Counted from the first letter of the stretch, positions 47,901-55,923 are shown. The stretch: 64,000 bases of DNA from Anaerolineales bacterium (GCA_035446285.1 DAOMSJ010000003.1:164929-228928); one strand, 5' to 3'. Numbers and translations are program-made. The notes: a model not told the origin generated them from the sequence alone.

Positions 47901-48241
47901 CACAGACATACCCGCGTTGGGGGGATGCAGAACAAACATTTACTGATCACGGTGTTGAACAGGCAGACGTCAAACCCTCCAACGCTGAAGAGTTCTTTCT
48001 GTGGAGCGGGAATATCTACAGAAGTTGGGTAATCAAACGAGACGTTATTGAGGAAGAGAGACAAGAACTAACTCAATGGTATGCCGATCCAGCATGCGGG
48101 TTACCCCCCTGCCAGGTTTTTATCGCGGGGAAAGCCGCAATAATTTATTTTAAACTTTGGGCGAGCGACCCAAGAGTTCTACTAGACGAAAAGCACCCTG
48201 TTTTCTGGTTTGCAACTAATTTATGGTTGCTTGAACCGTGA
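44984..48241 (+). CDS. Large multi-domain envelope protein: signal-anchor, Cys-rich region, Ig-like repeats, TM, 2 x 69-aa repeats, LysM, TM, and an AT-rich unknown C-terminal module
   Basis: Start at the ATG at 44984 (MRGRVRDPKL...WPALVLAGAFALGLAIPALA), 6 nt after a TATGAT. The track start at 44759 overlaps hppA. Ig-like repeats: APTISL...DATSGVVAV...NGDYTIQVYAEDQAGHYS. LysM: YSVQAGDNWFSIAEKIYGNQRMAGQLIDANGG...GQTIALP. The last ~270 aa are encoded by visibly AT-richer DNA. Confidence 0.8.
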   Translation: MRGRVRDPKLSLSNRRGKTLWPALVLAGAFALGLAIPALAAYLGPDRDYTVTVTESETVRDYDNDSWTLTGPEGVCIIIHSCDEHPGTSNYIPACGWSGPADNASCTPAFKTIQVTRTETHYYPEATVSGAIQCAQNGANGWCLGSGSIELSANEPLGSYSILGIEGSLDGNNFFCSGASCSVPGSPGSAEANYWALSSYGDSSSSGSQTLKIDNDLPTIAGLVSGVQGNGGWYVGTIGLTAVGADATSGLAAQQVQVDGGGWQDTSATISSDGSYSVVFRAVDEAGQESYTAAQSLGRDSAAPTISLNMYDAPARGSALVAGAASDATSGVVAVHFSLNGSLNQTITTSGGAWQLHWDSTEVPNGDYTIQVYAEDQAGHYSAPVQVSVQVDNAVPYINLSSGCWPIWQALDLDAGPGAAPISLVSLTVSNGSQSLTEIFSTPPQGWVWNRTFSDGSVAPIGDYGLQVYVEDASGNSSSRTACISIPEPDAVGLSTEDGGAQASPLQSFVPSNERDTPPPSASFANAQPSVSVITALQPQPAFVQQLQQATPANAAVWGPAALTLAAAATAIAMAEKNRRDEEERRRNEPDPFATHPNNLLAAHLSDKEVMAQVLAAGANPNISIEQARLITHNALKGKGAYSPTGGELNEQARQAANETNMGGGANNLLAAHLSDKEVMAQVLAAGADPNISIEQARLITHNALKGKGAYSPTGGELNEQARQAANETTMGGGAYSVQAGDNWFSIAEKIYGNQRMAGQLIDANGGVSMLQPGQTIALPQVSGSEAASPNFNPKTWDEVAKFTLAQEALKKAEEEKTSTTRDRKHKKALGLIAGGVTAAALLFGYLSSLEGCGLHPQTGRLLGFQCSVAQIDSMSIYERIEWFDKVVEQTGAGDWFNNIKGILRSFADRNRAEQGSWLSIVDAHILVGIQDGYALYQSGVTPREMSLSEIELANKWALFFEALHSEDPALNAQTYPRWGDAEQTFTDHGVEQADVKPSNAEEFFLWSGNIYRSWVIKRDVIEEERQELTQWYADPACGLPPCQVFIAGKAAIIYFKLWASDPRVLLDEKHPVFWFATNLWLLEP
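46775..47188 (+). repeat. Two tandem, near-identical 207-bp (69-aa) coding repeats
   Basis: 46775-46981 and 46982-47188 both encode NNLLAAHLSDKEVMAQVLAAGA(N/D)PNISIEQARLITHNALKGKGAYSPTGGELNEQARQAANET(N/T)MGGGA. Confidence 0.9.
47252..47433 (+). repeat. Direct repeat copy 1 (second half of LysM plus linker), homologous to 49355-49536
   Basis: Visual alignment at a constant offset of 2103 bp. Most positions are identical (for example gcgggccaactgatcgacgccaacggcgg and ccccaacttcaaccccaagacctggga). Confidence 0.85.
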
Positions 48242-48273
48242 TTAATCTAGTTAAAATCAAGAAGGAGAATGCT

Positions 48274-49347
48274 GTGAAGATTAGGCGCCTCCCAGCGATA
48301 TTAGCATTGCTTTTTAGCCAATTGTTACTCATAGCCTGTAGCCAATCAACACAGCATGTAGAGTTGGTAAGCTATAAGGAGCTTGAAATACCGATTTCAC
48401 TACAGAACATCCCCGGATTGCGCTGGTCGTTAATATGGAGTAACGATTTGGGCCTGTCTGCAGTCGTAAGCACATCCGTACTGCGTGATGAACAATTACT
48501 TGTAAACCTTCGGGAACAGACATATGTGCCTCTTTTTTTTGATGACAGTCACATATGTATATGGGGAAGACGCTCTGGGTTTGCCTTGCTGCCTAATGAC
48601 GATATCGGATACGTGCTGTCCTGCAATTCTGGTAACACACCCTACCTAGTGAAGTTTTCAAAAGAGACGAACGAATCGACCAAGCTGGTATCTGTCAACC
48701 TGCCTGGAAGTCCAGCTTTACGTGCATACACTTGGAGTCCTGACATGAGCAGGGGCTTACAAGCCTTCAACGACTCTCTTTCAGGCACAATTTTCTGGCT
48801 CTATCCAGATATGTATGGACCGGTTGAGCTTACGCTACACCAAGGCGGGCGAAGTTGGAATATGGCTCAACCTTTCATAGAACCTGAAGGGGACATACGC
48901 GGCATTGCAGATAGCCCAGCATGGTCTCCCGATGGTTTACAGATACTTTTTTTCGGCGCTGCGTTCCGAGATAGCCTGACGGGTATTGCTAAAATCGGGG
49001 CTGCAATATCCCTATATTCGCTAAATCCCGTAACAAATGAACTATCAGAACTCCAAACAGGCTTTAGAAGTCCGGGTTTTCTGCAGTGGTCACCCAAAGG
49101 TGATTGGGTGGCTTTTGTAGCATTTCAGGATCAATTTAGCACCAAGGCCTCCGATTTGAAGTTATGGCTCTACAAAGTTTCAACTGACCAACTTTTTGAA
49201 ATTGGAAACGGAAGCTTCATGAGGATGGTTTGGGATCCAACCGGCAGCCAAATTGGTACGCTTCTTTGCGCGCCTACGACAAATGATGCTATATGTGGAA
49301 CTGTTGAACTCCGACTCTACGATGTCAGTGAGATTGTAGGCGAGTAA
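48274..49347 (+). CDS. Lipoprotein with WD40-like (PD40/TolB-type) beta-propeller repeats; partner gene of C-terminal module 1
   Basis: The GTG at 48274 is preceded by AAGGAG. Signal VKIRRLPAILALLFSQLLLIAC (lipobox). Repeats WSPDMS, WSPDGLQILFF, WSPKGDWVAF. AT-rich DNA. The track start (48238) would overlap the upstream stop as GTGA. Confidence 0.7.
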   Translation: MKIRRLPAILALLFSQLLLIACSQSTQHVELVSYKELEIPISLQNIPGLRWSLIWSNDLGLSAVVSTSVLRDEQLLVNLREQTYVPLFFDDSHICIWGRRSGFALLPNDDIGYVLSCNSGNTPYLVKFSKETNESTKLVSVNLPGSPALRAYTWSPDMSRGLQAFNDSLSGTIFWLYPDMYGPVELTLHQGGRSWNMAQPFIEPEGDIRGIADSPAWSPDGLQILFFGAAFRDSLTGIAKIGAAISLYSLNPVTNELSELQTGFRSPGFLQWSPKGDWVAFVAFQDQFSTKASDLKLWLYKVSTDQLFEIGNGSFMRMVWDPTGSQIGTLLCAPTTNDAICGTVELRLYDVSEIVGE

Positions 49348-49354
49348 ACAGCAT

Positions 49355-49536
49355 TTGGCGGGCCAACTGATCGACGCCAACGGCGGGGTCTCGATGCTGC
49401 GGCCCGGCCAAACCATCGCCCTACCGGTGGTCTCGGGCAGTGAGGCCGCCAACCCCAACTTCAACCCCAAGACCTGGGATGAGGTGGTGAAATTTACGCT
49501 CGCTCAGGAAGCGCTGCGCAAGGCGGAGGAAAAACC
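49355..49536 (+). repeat. Direct repeat copy 2, homologous to 47252-47433
   Basis: See copy 1. Confidence 0.85.
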
Positions 49537-50644
49537 TGCCGGCCCTCCGTCAACCCCACAACTGCCCGAAGGCCTGGCCGGGCTGGAGCTGGCCTTGCGC
49601 ATGCTGGCCAACGGCACGCTGACGCCGGCCGCGTTCCATGCTCTGTTCCCACATGTGGACCTGGCGAACGCCATCTACGCGGCCAACACAGGCCAGCTGA
49701 CGGCTGGCACGGTGGAATGGCTGTGGCGCGAGAACGTCTACTCGCAGGCCGCCCTGCAGCAGAAGCAAGAGGACATGGCTGCCCTGCGCAAGGCTCTGAT
49801 CGACCTGCAGGCGCGCGATATTACCGATGCCGAGCTGTTGGCTATGTTCCCACACCTGCCGATAGACCAAGCGTTAGGTATGCTAAACAACCCGGAGGGG
49901 CTGTACAACCTGTGGATGACGCATGCCGGCAAGGCCTGGGTGCAAGGCGTGGAGAATCGCAGGGCCGCAGAAGCCAGGCAGGCCAGCTATGAGGCGTGGC
50001 GTGAAGGGGAGTTGGCGGATGCAGCAATTCAGCCAACTTCTCCTCCAATAAATTGGCCTCTAGACTTCATTGATTTTCTCCGCGATTTTCCCATTAGCGG
50101 AAACTTACCAGCGTTTGAAACAAGGCATCTTCCCTATTTTAGATTACCGACCAATTCAGAGGTTGGCCAGTATGCAGAGCTCTCATATACCCCATTTGGG
50201 AATCCAGCAAACTCTATTACTGATCCTGAGGTAACTTTTGTTTCTCATTTAGCTCCGTTTGAATATGTTGTTCGCGTACTTGATGACAAAACCCCGGAAT
50301 TTGGTGTGGGGGTTAATCTCGACTCATTGCCACGAAGTACCCTCTATTTTTCATTTGAGTCCTTGGGCAGCTTTGGCAATGCAACATTGGAAATAAAAGG
50401 AATAGTAGAAAAGGATATACCCCTTGATCCAACAATTGGAACCGTAAGCTCAAGTACTGGTTATTATGTACGAATAGAACAAATTTGGCCAAAGGCCGTT
50501 GCCGCGACCGTGCTCATTGGAGCAGGGATTTTACTAGCCAGCCTATCGGTACCTGCAGCTGTAGTGGTCGGAGCAGCAATTGGTATTATTGCAGTTGCCG
50601 CTGCTGGTTTTGAGTTCTTTTTGAATGGAGGAAATGACACATAA
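49355..50644 (+). CDS. Orphan 3' gene segment: truncated LysM plus linker plus an alternative C-terminal module (ends in a hydrophobic Gly/Ala-rich TM region); no ATG or SD of its own
   Basis: It begins directly after the stop of the upstream gene with the repeat copy, in the same frame as 44984-48241 (offset 2103 = 3 x 701). The track start is a TTG that corresponds to the internal ATG codon of the main gene. The first ~225 aa are high-GC; the last ~200 aa are AT-rich. Confidence 0.5.
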   Translation: MAGQLIDANGGVSMLRPGQTIALPVVSGSEAANPNFNPKTWDEVVKFTLAQEALRKAEEKPAGPPSTPQLPEGLAGLELALRMLANGTLTPAAFHALFPHVDLANAIYAANTGQLTAGTVEWLWRENVYSQAALQQKQEDMAALRKALIDLQARDITDAELLAMFPHLPIDQALGMLNNPEGLYNLWMTHAGKAWVQGVENRRAAEARQASYEAWREGELADAAIQPTSPPINWPLDFIDFLRDFPISGNLPAFETRHLPYFRLPTNSEVGQYAELSYTPFGNPANSITDPEVTFVSHLAPFEYVVRVLDDKTPEFGVGVNLDSLPRSTLYFSFESLGSFGNATLEIKGIVEKDIPLDPTIGTVSSSTGYYVRIEQIWPKAVAATVLIGAGILLASLSVPAAVVVGAAIGIIAVAAAGFEFFLNGGNDT

Positions 50645-51378
50645 TGCCAGCATATGAAAACCTCTTTTCGTCTTACTTAACGCCCCTATTTGATCGCATT
50701 GGCAAGGCATTTTCGACCAAACAGGATTGTGAGAACCTGGTACACGCGGCTCTATATAAGGCAATAAAGGGGGAAACCACAAAGGCGAACGGACTGTATG
50801 CAGAAATTCAGCAGCAATGCACAGGCTATGACTTACAACTTGCGGAGATGCATCTCTTTTTGCTGGCCAAAAAGAAGCGCCCATGGCACACAGAAACCAT
50901 CAAGGCAATCCGTGCAACCATAGAGAAATTCCCCGGAGCCAGTTTTGCAAAAATTCTACTGGTAGAGGGGCTAATTCAAAACAAGAATCTGGCGGAAGCA
51001 CAAACAATAGTACATGCTCTACTTGAAGTCCATCCAGGCGCCAAAGGACTTTATAGATACCTGGTGCAATTTGAAATGTTTAGAAAGAACTATCAGCAAG
51101 CTGCCCTGTATGCAGAAGCATTGCCATCGGGAGTATCACGTTCCTTGCATTTATTTCTGAACAAGTTTGCCTATCCCAAACTAGGGTTGCTTGGTTGCTT
51201 CTCGTATTTTGTGCTCCTGGCTATTGCTTCATTTTTTCCAGACAGCCTGCTTTGGTCAATCACAGGTCTGATGTGGGTTGGAGGTCTCTATGTGTATAGA
51301 CAGATGCGAGATCGCGTATTGTTGCTCTGGCTCTTTATGGCTGGTCTATTAGTGCTTGTCTTCAGCTTGTTGTTCTGA
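50644..51378 (+). CDS. Small protein with a helical-repeat (TPR-like) N-terminus and C-terminal TM segments; partner gene of C-terminal module 2
   Basis: TAATG overlap with the orphan ORF. AT-rich. AEAQTIVHALLEVHPGAKGLYRYLVQFEMFRKNYQQAALYAEAL looks TPR-like. The C-terminus has 3 hydrophobic helices. Confidence 0.6.
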   Translation: MPAYENLFSSYLTPLFDRIGKAFSTKQDCENLVHAALYKAIKGETTKANGLYAEIQQQCTGYDLQLAEMHLFLLAKKKRPWHTETIKAIRATIEKFPGASFAKILLVEGLIQNKNLAEAQTIVHALLEVHPGAKGLYRYLVQFEMFRKNYQQAALYAEALPSGVSRSLHLFLNKFAYPKLGLLGCFSYFVLLAIASFFPDSLLWSITGLMWVGGLYVYRQMRDRVLLLWLFMAGLLVLVFSLLF

Positions 51379-51500
51379 ACCCAGACGAGTCGCGAAGTAG
51401 AGGCAACAATAAAAGGTTATGTGTTTTACAAGAATTCAAGCCGCCATGGTACAACGAACTCAACTTAAATACATGTTTTCATTTGTTGCAGGAGGGAAAC

Positions 51501-51971
51501 ATGAAATCACACATCCGCATACTTGCACTCAGCGCCGCAACTGGCACCCTCGCCGCCTGGCTGCTAGCCGCCTTTGGCGGCCCGGCACCTAGCACGCATC
51601 TGGCGCAGCAGCTCGGGCTGCGTAGTGGCTACCTGCTGGCCGCTATTCTGGGCGGCGGGTTGGGCCTGTGGCTGGCGATGGGCGGCAGCAAGCGCATCGC
51701 TGGCTTTGGCGGCTGGCTGCTGGGCGTGCTGGCCGGCTGGCTGCTGTGGCGCTTTGGCAGCCCGCACATGGGCCTGATCGAGCTCATACTGAGCTCGGCG
51801 TTCGGTGAGGCGGCCGCCGCCTACACCAGCGTGGTGGCGCTGGCGCTGTTCTTCGCGGCGATGCGCATCGGGGGCGCGTGGGGACAGAAGGCGCTGGCCG
51901 CCCTGCTGGACCTGGCGCAGCGCGTGCGTGCCCGCCGCCAGGCCGCGGCGGCGCTGGCTGCGGCGGGTTGA
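51501..51971 (+). CDS. Small high-GC membrane protein (Gly/Ala/Leu-rich, about 4 TM)
   Basis: The ATG at 51501 is preceded by AGGAGG. MKSHIRILALSAATGTLAAWLLAAF.... Its last ~30 codons are duplicated at 52887-52977. Confidence 0.6.
   Translation: MKSHIRILALSAATGTLAAWLLAAFGGPAPSTHLAQQLGLRSGYLLAAILGGGLGLWLAMGGSKRIAGFGGWLLGVLAGWLLWRFGSPHMGLIELILSSAFGEAAAAYTSVVALALFFAAMRIGGAWGQKALAALLDLAQRVRARRQAAAALAAAG
51863..51953 (+). repeat. Direct repeat copy 1 (3' end of 51501-51971), homologous to 52887-52977
   Basis: 91 bp at a constant offset of 1024 bp, with only about 2 mismatches seen by eye. Confidence 0.9.
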
Positions 51972-52118
51972 GCACCAATGGATCATCATGTTGCAGGCGT
52001 TATAGAGAGGCGCGCTAACAAGATTTATATCTAGACAGTAAAGGGTGCGACCCATAAAACATGGAACTTTGCGGAGATTCTCTACGGGATATACTCTACA
52101 ATCTTTAAATCCAATGCG

Positions 52119-52838
52119 ATGACTAAACCAAGCCAAGAAGCTATCCGCAAAGTCGCGGCAGAATATGACGCGACTTTAAAGAACAATCACATCAGGTCCG
52201 CGCTAGATTCTTTGTTTGTACTTATCACCTTCTGGATACTCTCAGTTCTAGTTTCCCGCACAAGCTTTACAAGCTCGCTAAACATCCTACCTGGACTCCT
52301 GATTACTTCTAGTTGCCTCTTAGCAGTGATTAGTCTGAAATGGATTGACAAATCTATAGCGCGCAGAAAGAGGCGAATGCAGAAAATGATTGTCTCTGCC
52401 ACCCTTGGCACTCTGTTCTTGAACTGTCTGACCATTCTTTTGCTGAAAATCTCACTGGAAGTGCTATTTACTTTTAGAAGCACTCCGCGGGGTGATTTAC
52501 TGGTTGTTATTTACATCATAAGTCTCCCTCTTTTCGCTCTTCTGGCACTATATTTCTCGCCTAAATCGTACTCAGTTACAAGAAATCAACTTGAAGAATT
52601 CTCAACCAAAATGAAACTTCCCCTCCTTGGTGGGTTAATCCAATCCTTTCTAGTTGGCGCAGGCATTCTGGGTGGTGCGCTAATAGTACGTTCAGGTTCT
52701 AATGCCCCTATTTATCTAGCATCATTTACTTTTTATGTTGGAGCTGTTCTATTCCTATTACTAGGCGTCATGGGCACACACAGATACTTCACAATCTTAA
52801 AAGCACTAAGAGAGGGTGAACTAACAGTGGCTTCGTAA
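52119..52838 (+). CDS. AT-rich polytopic membrane protein of unknown function
   Basis: 239 aa, about 6 hydrophobic segments, no motif recognised. It lies between the 91-bp direct repeats. Confidence 0.55.
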   Translation: MTKPSQEAIRKVAAEYDATLKNNHIRSALDSLFVLITFWILSVLVSRTSFTSSLNILPGLLITSSCLLAVISLKWIDKSIARRKRRMQKMIVSATLGTLFLNCLTILLLKISLEVLFTFRSTPRGDLLVVIYIISLPLFALLALYFSPKSYSVTRNQLEEFSTKMKLPLLGGLIQSFLVGAGILGGALIVRSGSNAPIYLASFTFYVGAVLFLLLGVMGTHRYFTILKALREGELTVAS

Positions 52839-52886
52839 CCCAGAATCACTAAGCATCAGGAACTAGCAGTTGACAAATTCTTCACA

Positions 52887-52995
52887 GCGCATCGGGGGCG
52901 CGTGGGGGCAGAAGGCGCTGGCCGCCCTGCTGGACCTGGCGCAGCGCGTGCGTGCCCGGCGCCAGGCCGCGGCGGCGAGCAGCCAAGCGCACTAG
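52887..52995 (+). pseudogene. Displaced original 3' end of the 51501-51971 gene (fragment with its own stop and terminator)
   Basis: Reads RIGGAWGQKALAALLDLAQRVRARRQAAAASSQAH-stop, with no upstream start, and is immediately followed by the terminator at 53005-53032. Confidence 0.6.
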
Positions 52996-53004
52996 TACTA
53001 AAAC

Positions 53005-53032
53005 AAAGAGCCCGCCAATTGGCGGGCTCTTT
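53005..53032. terminator. Bidirectional intrinsic terminator
   Basis: aaagagcccgcc aatt ggcgggctcttt. Confidence 0.8.
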
Positions 53033-53050
53033 GTTTCTTTTGCTTTCAGG

Positions 53051-53476
53051 CTACTTGGCGTGCTGCTGCCAGCCGTCCCAGTAACCGGGGCCGCTGGTGA
53101 AGTAGTCGTAGTTAGCCTGGATGTCGTCACGGAGGTTAAGCGTCTCGCCTGCGGTGAGGGTCTTAACCGTGTCCATCACCACGGCGTGGCCGTGGTGGTT
53201 GCTGCCTTCGTAGTGCTCAGCAAAACCAGGGGTGCCGGCCGGCTTGGCCTGCTTCTGGTCCGCCTTGGCTTCGTACGCATCAGGCACTTCATCCTCGGTG
53301 TAGATGGCCTCAAAGGGGCACTCGGGGATGCAGGCACCGCAGTCAATGCAGGTGTTAGGGTCAATGTAGTACCAGGGGTGTTGATCCTGGGGCATACCGG
53401 GAACGATACATTCAACCGGGCAAACCTCTACGCAACCACCGTCGCGCAGGCACAAGCTAGTGATGATGTGGGTCAT
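53051..53476 (-). CDS. Ferredoxin (iron-sulfur clusters) with a C-terminal extension
   Basis: CLRDGGCVEVCP and CIDCGACIPECP cluster motifs. The ATG at 53476 is preceded by GGAG. Confidence 0.85.
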   Translation of the reverse strand: MTHIITSLCLRDGGCVEVCPVECIVPGMPQDQHPWYYIDPNTCIDCGACIPECPFEAIYTEDEVPDAYEAKADQKQAKPAGTPGFAEHYEGSNHHGHAVVMDTVKTLTAGETLNLRDDIQANYDYFTSGPGYWDGWQQHAK

Positions 53477-53547
53477 TTGCAAATCTCCGTTGAGGCAATT
53501 CTACACCCTGGTTGTTATTTTTGCTAGCCCTCTTTTAGCGGAAAGTA

Positions 53548-53577
53548 CATGGGCCAGTAAAAATTTACTGGCCCATG
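53548..53577 (-). terminator. Hairpin downstream of the SOD gene
   Basis: Perfect palindrome catgggccagtaaa / tttactggcccatg. The U-tract is weak. Confidence 0.45.
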
Positions 53578-53619
53578 TCTTTTGCGTATTGCTGTGTACG
53601 CCCTCAGGCGAGGAAGCGC

Positions 53620-54222
<603 letters not shown>

Positions 54223-54332
54223 TTAGGACTCCTTTCAAGTGAGAAAACGGCCAAAAGTAGGTTAAGTTACAATGCCAGAGGCGATTGTAGTCTCTGCCTT
54301 TCCCCTTTGTCAAGAAAAGTACACATTCGGCC

Positions 54333-55280
54333 GTGAGCGACCCCACCCACCCCAAACTTCCGCCGCATGTGGTGTTGTTGCTGGGCATATTTGCCGTGGC
54401 ATCGTCCTCGTTGCTGATCCGCTATGCGCAGCAAGAGGTAGGCTCGCTGGTGATCGCCGCCTACCGCATGGCGCTGTCTGCGCTGATCCTGATCCCGCTG
54501 ACCTTGCCGCGCCACAGCGGCGAGCTGCGTGGGCTCAACCGCAAGGGTTACGCCCTGGCGGCGTTGAGCGGCGTGCTGCTGGCGGTGCACTTTGCCAGCT
54601 GGATCCTCTCGTTGGAATATACGAGCGTAGCCAGCTCGGTGGTGCTGGTGACCACCAACCCGCTGTGGGTAGCGCTGCTGGCGCCGCTGGTGCTGAAGGA
54701 GAGGCTGGGCCGCGGCGTGCTGCTGGGCATGCTGGTGGCACTGGCGGGCGGCGTGGTGGTGGCGCTGAGTGATAGCTGCAGCCTGGCAGCCGGCAGCCTG
54801 AGCTGCCCGCCGCTGAGCGAATTTGTAGCCGGGCGCGCGTTTTATGGCAACTTTCTGGCGCTGGTGGGCGCGTGGGCCGGGGCAGGCTATATCCTCATCG
54901 GGCGCAAGCTGCGGCCGCAGCTCTCGCTGACGGCGTATATCTTCCTTGTATATGGTGTGGCGGCGGTGGTGCTGGTGGCGCTGGTGCCATTCTCCGGGCA
55001 GCCCGCCTTCGGCTTTGCGCCGATGACCTATGTGTATCTGCTGCTGCTGGCCGTGCTGCCACAGCTTGTCGGCCACTCCAGCTTCAACTGGGCGCTGGCG
55101 CACCTGCCCGCCTCCTATGTTTCGATTGCGCTGCTGGGTGAGCCGGTGAGCTCCACGATCCTGGCGGTGCTGCTGCTGGGCGAGATGCCGGGCGGGCTGA
55201 AGCTGGCCGGCGCGGTCTTGATCCTTATAGGAATCTTAATTGCAACGCTGAAGCCTGCGGCGCAAACGCCAGATGTATAA
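54333..55280 (+). CDS. EamA/DMT-family transporter
   Basis: 10-TM pattern with two EamA-like halves. GTG start. Confidence 0.8.
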   Translation: MSDPTHPKLPPHVVLLLGIFAVASSSLLIRYAQQEVGSLVIAAYRMALSALILIPLTLPRHSGELRGLNRKGYALAALSGVLLAVHFASWILSLEYTSVASSVVLVTTNPLWVALLAPLVLKERLGRGVLLGMLVALAGGVVVALSDSCSLAAGSLSCPPLSEFVAGRAFYGNFLALVGAWAGAGYILIGRKLRPQLSLTAYIFLVYGVAAVVLVALVPFSGQPAFGFAPMTYVYLLLLAVLPQLVGHSSFNWALAHLPASYVSIALLGEPVSSTILAVLLLGEMPGGLKLAGAVLILIGILIATLKPAAQTPDV

Positions 55281-55306
55281 TTGCCATACCGACAAAGGAG
55301 TTAACC

Positions 55307-55921
55307 ATGCTTGTACGCTGTACGCATTGCCACACCCCTTTCACCCTGAACCAGGAAACGATCCACGCCGCGCTCGACCAGATCGAGGCCAAGGGCTGGA
55401 AGCATTACAACGCTTATTGCCCGCGCTGCGCCCGCACCAATGTGGTGCCGCGTGACCAGCTGATGCGCTTCGCCCCGGAATGGTCCCCTGCGGGGTCCCC
55501 TTCGGGGTCGCCTTCCGGCGCAGCCAAGCCAGCTGCCAGCGCCCCGGCGCCCGTAGCGCCCAAGCCCGCACCGGTAACGCCTGCCCCGGCAGCCCCCACC
55601 CCCAAGGCGGAGGCGCCGAAGCCCGTGGCTAAACCAGTAGCCAAGAAGGCAGCGCCCGTGAAGAAAGCAGCGCCTAAGAAGGCTGCACCTGCGAAGAAGG
55701 CTGCTGCGGTCAAGAAGACCGCGGCGAAGAAGGCAACGCCTGCGAAGAAGACGGCGGCCAAGAAGGCAGCGGCTAAAAAGCCGGCGGCCAAGAAAGCCCC
55801 CGCAAAGAAGGCGGCCAAGCCCGCAGCCAAGAAAGCTGCGCCTGCCAAGAAGGCGCCTGCTAAAAAGGCGGCGGCCAAGAAAGCTGAGGTCAAGAAGACC
55901 GCGGCCAAGAAAAAGAAGTAG
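55307..55921 (+). CDS. Zinc-ribbon domain fused to a histone H1-like Lys/Ala/Pro repeat tail
   Basis: N-terminus CTHCHTPF...YCPRCARTN. The C-terminal ~120 aa consist of (A/P)AKKAA-type repeats. AAGGAG SD with a TATAAT upstream. Confidence 0.75.
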   Translation: MLVRCTHCHTPFTLNQETIHAALDQIEAKGWKHYNAYCPRCARTNVVPRDQLMRFAPEWSPAGSPSGSPSGAAKPAASAPAPVAPKPAPVTPAPAAPTPKAEAPKPVAKPVAKKAAPVKKAAPKKAAPAKKAAAVKKTAAKKATPAKKTAAKKAAAKKPAAKKAPAKKAAKPAAKKAAPAKKAPAKKAAAKKAEVKKTAAKKKK

Positions 55922-55923
55922 CT

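Noticed and set aside
47436-50644. Assigning the two alternative C-terminal modules to a known toxin family (nuclease, deaminase, ADP-ribosyltransferase, pore-former)
   Set aside because: I found no catalytic motif that I can recognise by eye. Both modules contain TM-like segments, so a toxin role remains a hypothesis, not a call.
47436-52886. Prophage, IS element or integrative element
   Set aside because: No integrase, transposase, phage structural genes, terminal inverted repeats or tRNA attachment site are present. The boundaries are duplicated host coding segments instead.
55480-55921. Highly repetitive gccaagaaggc-type DNA, considered as a VNTR or CRISPR-like array
   Set aside because: It is in frame and encodes the AKKA-repeat tail of a protein. 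The repeats are short, imperfect and spacerless.
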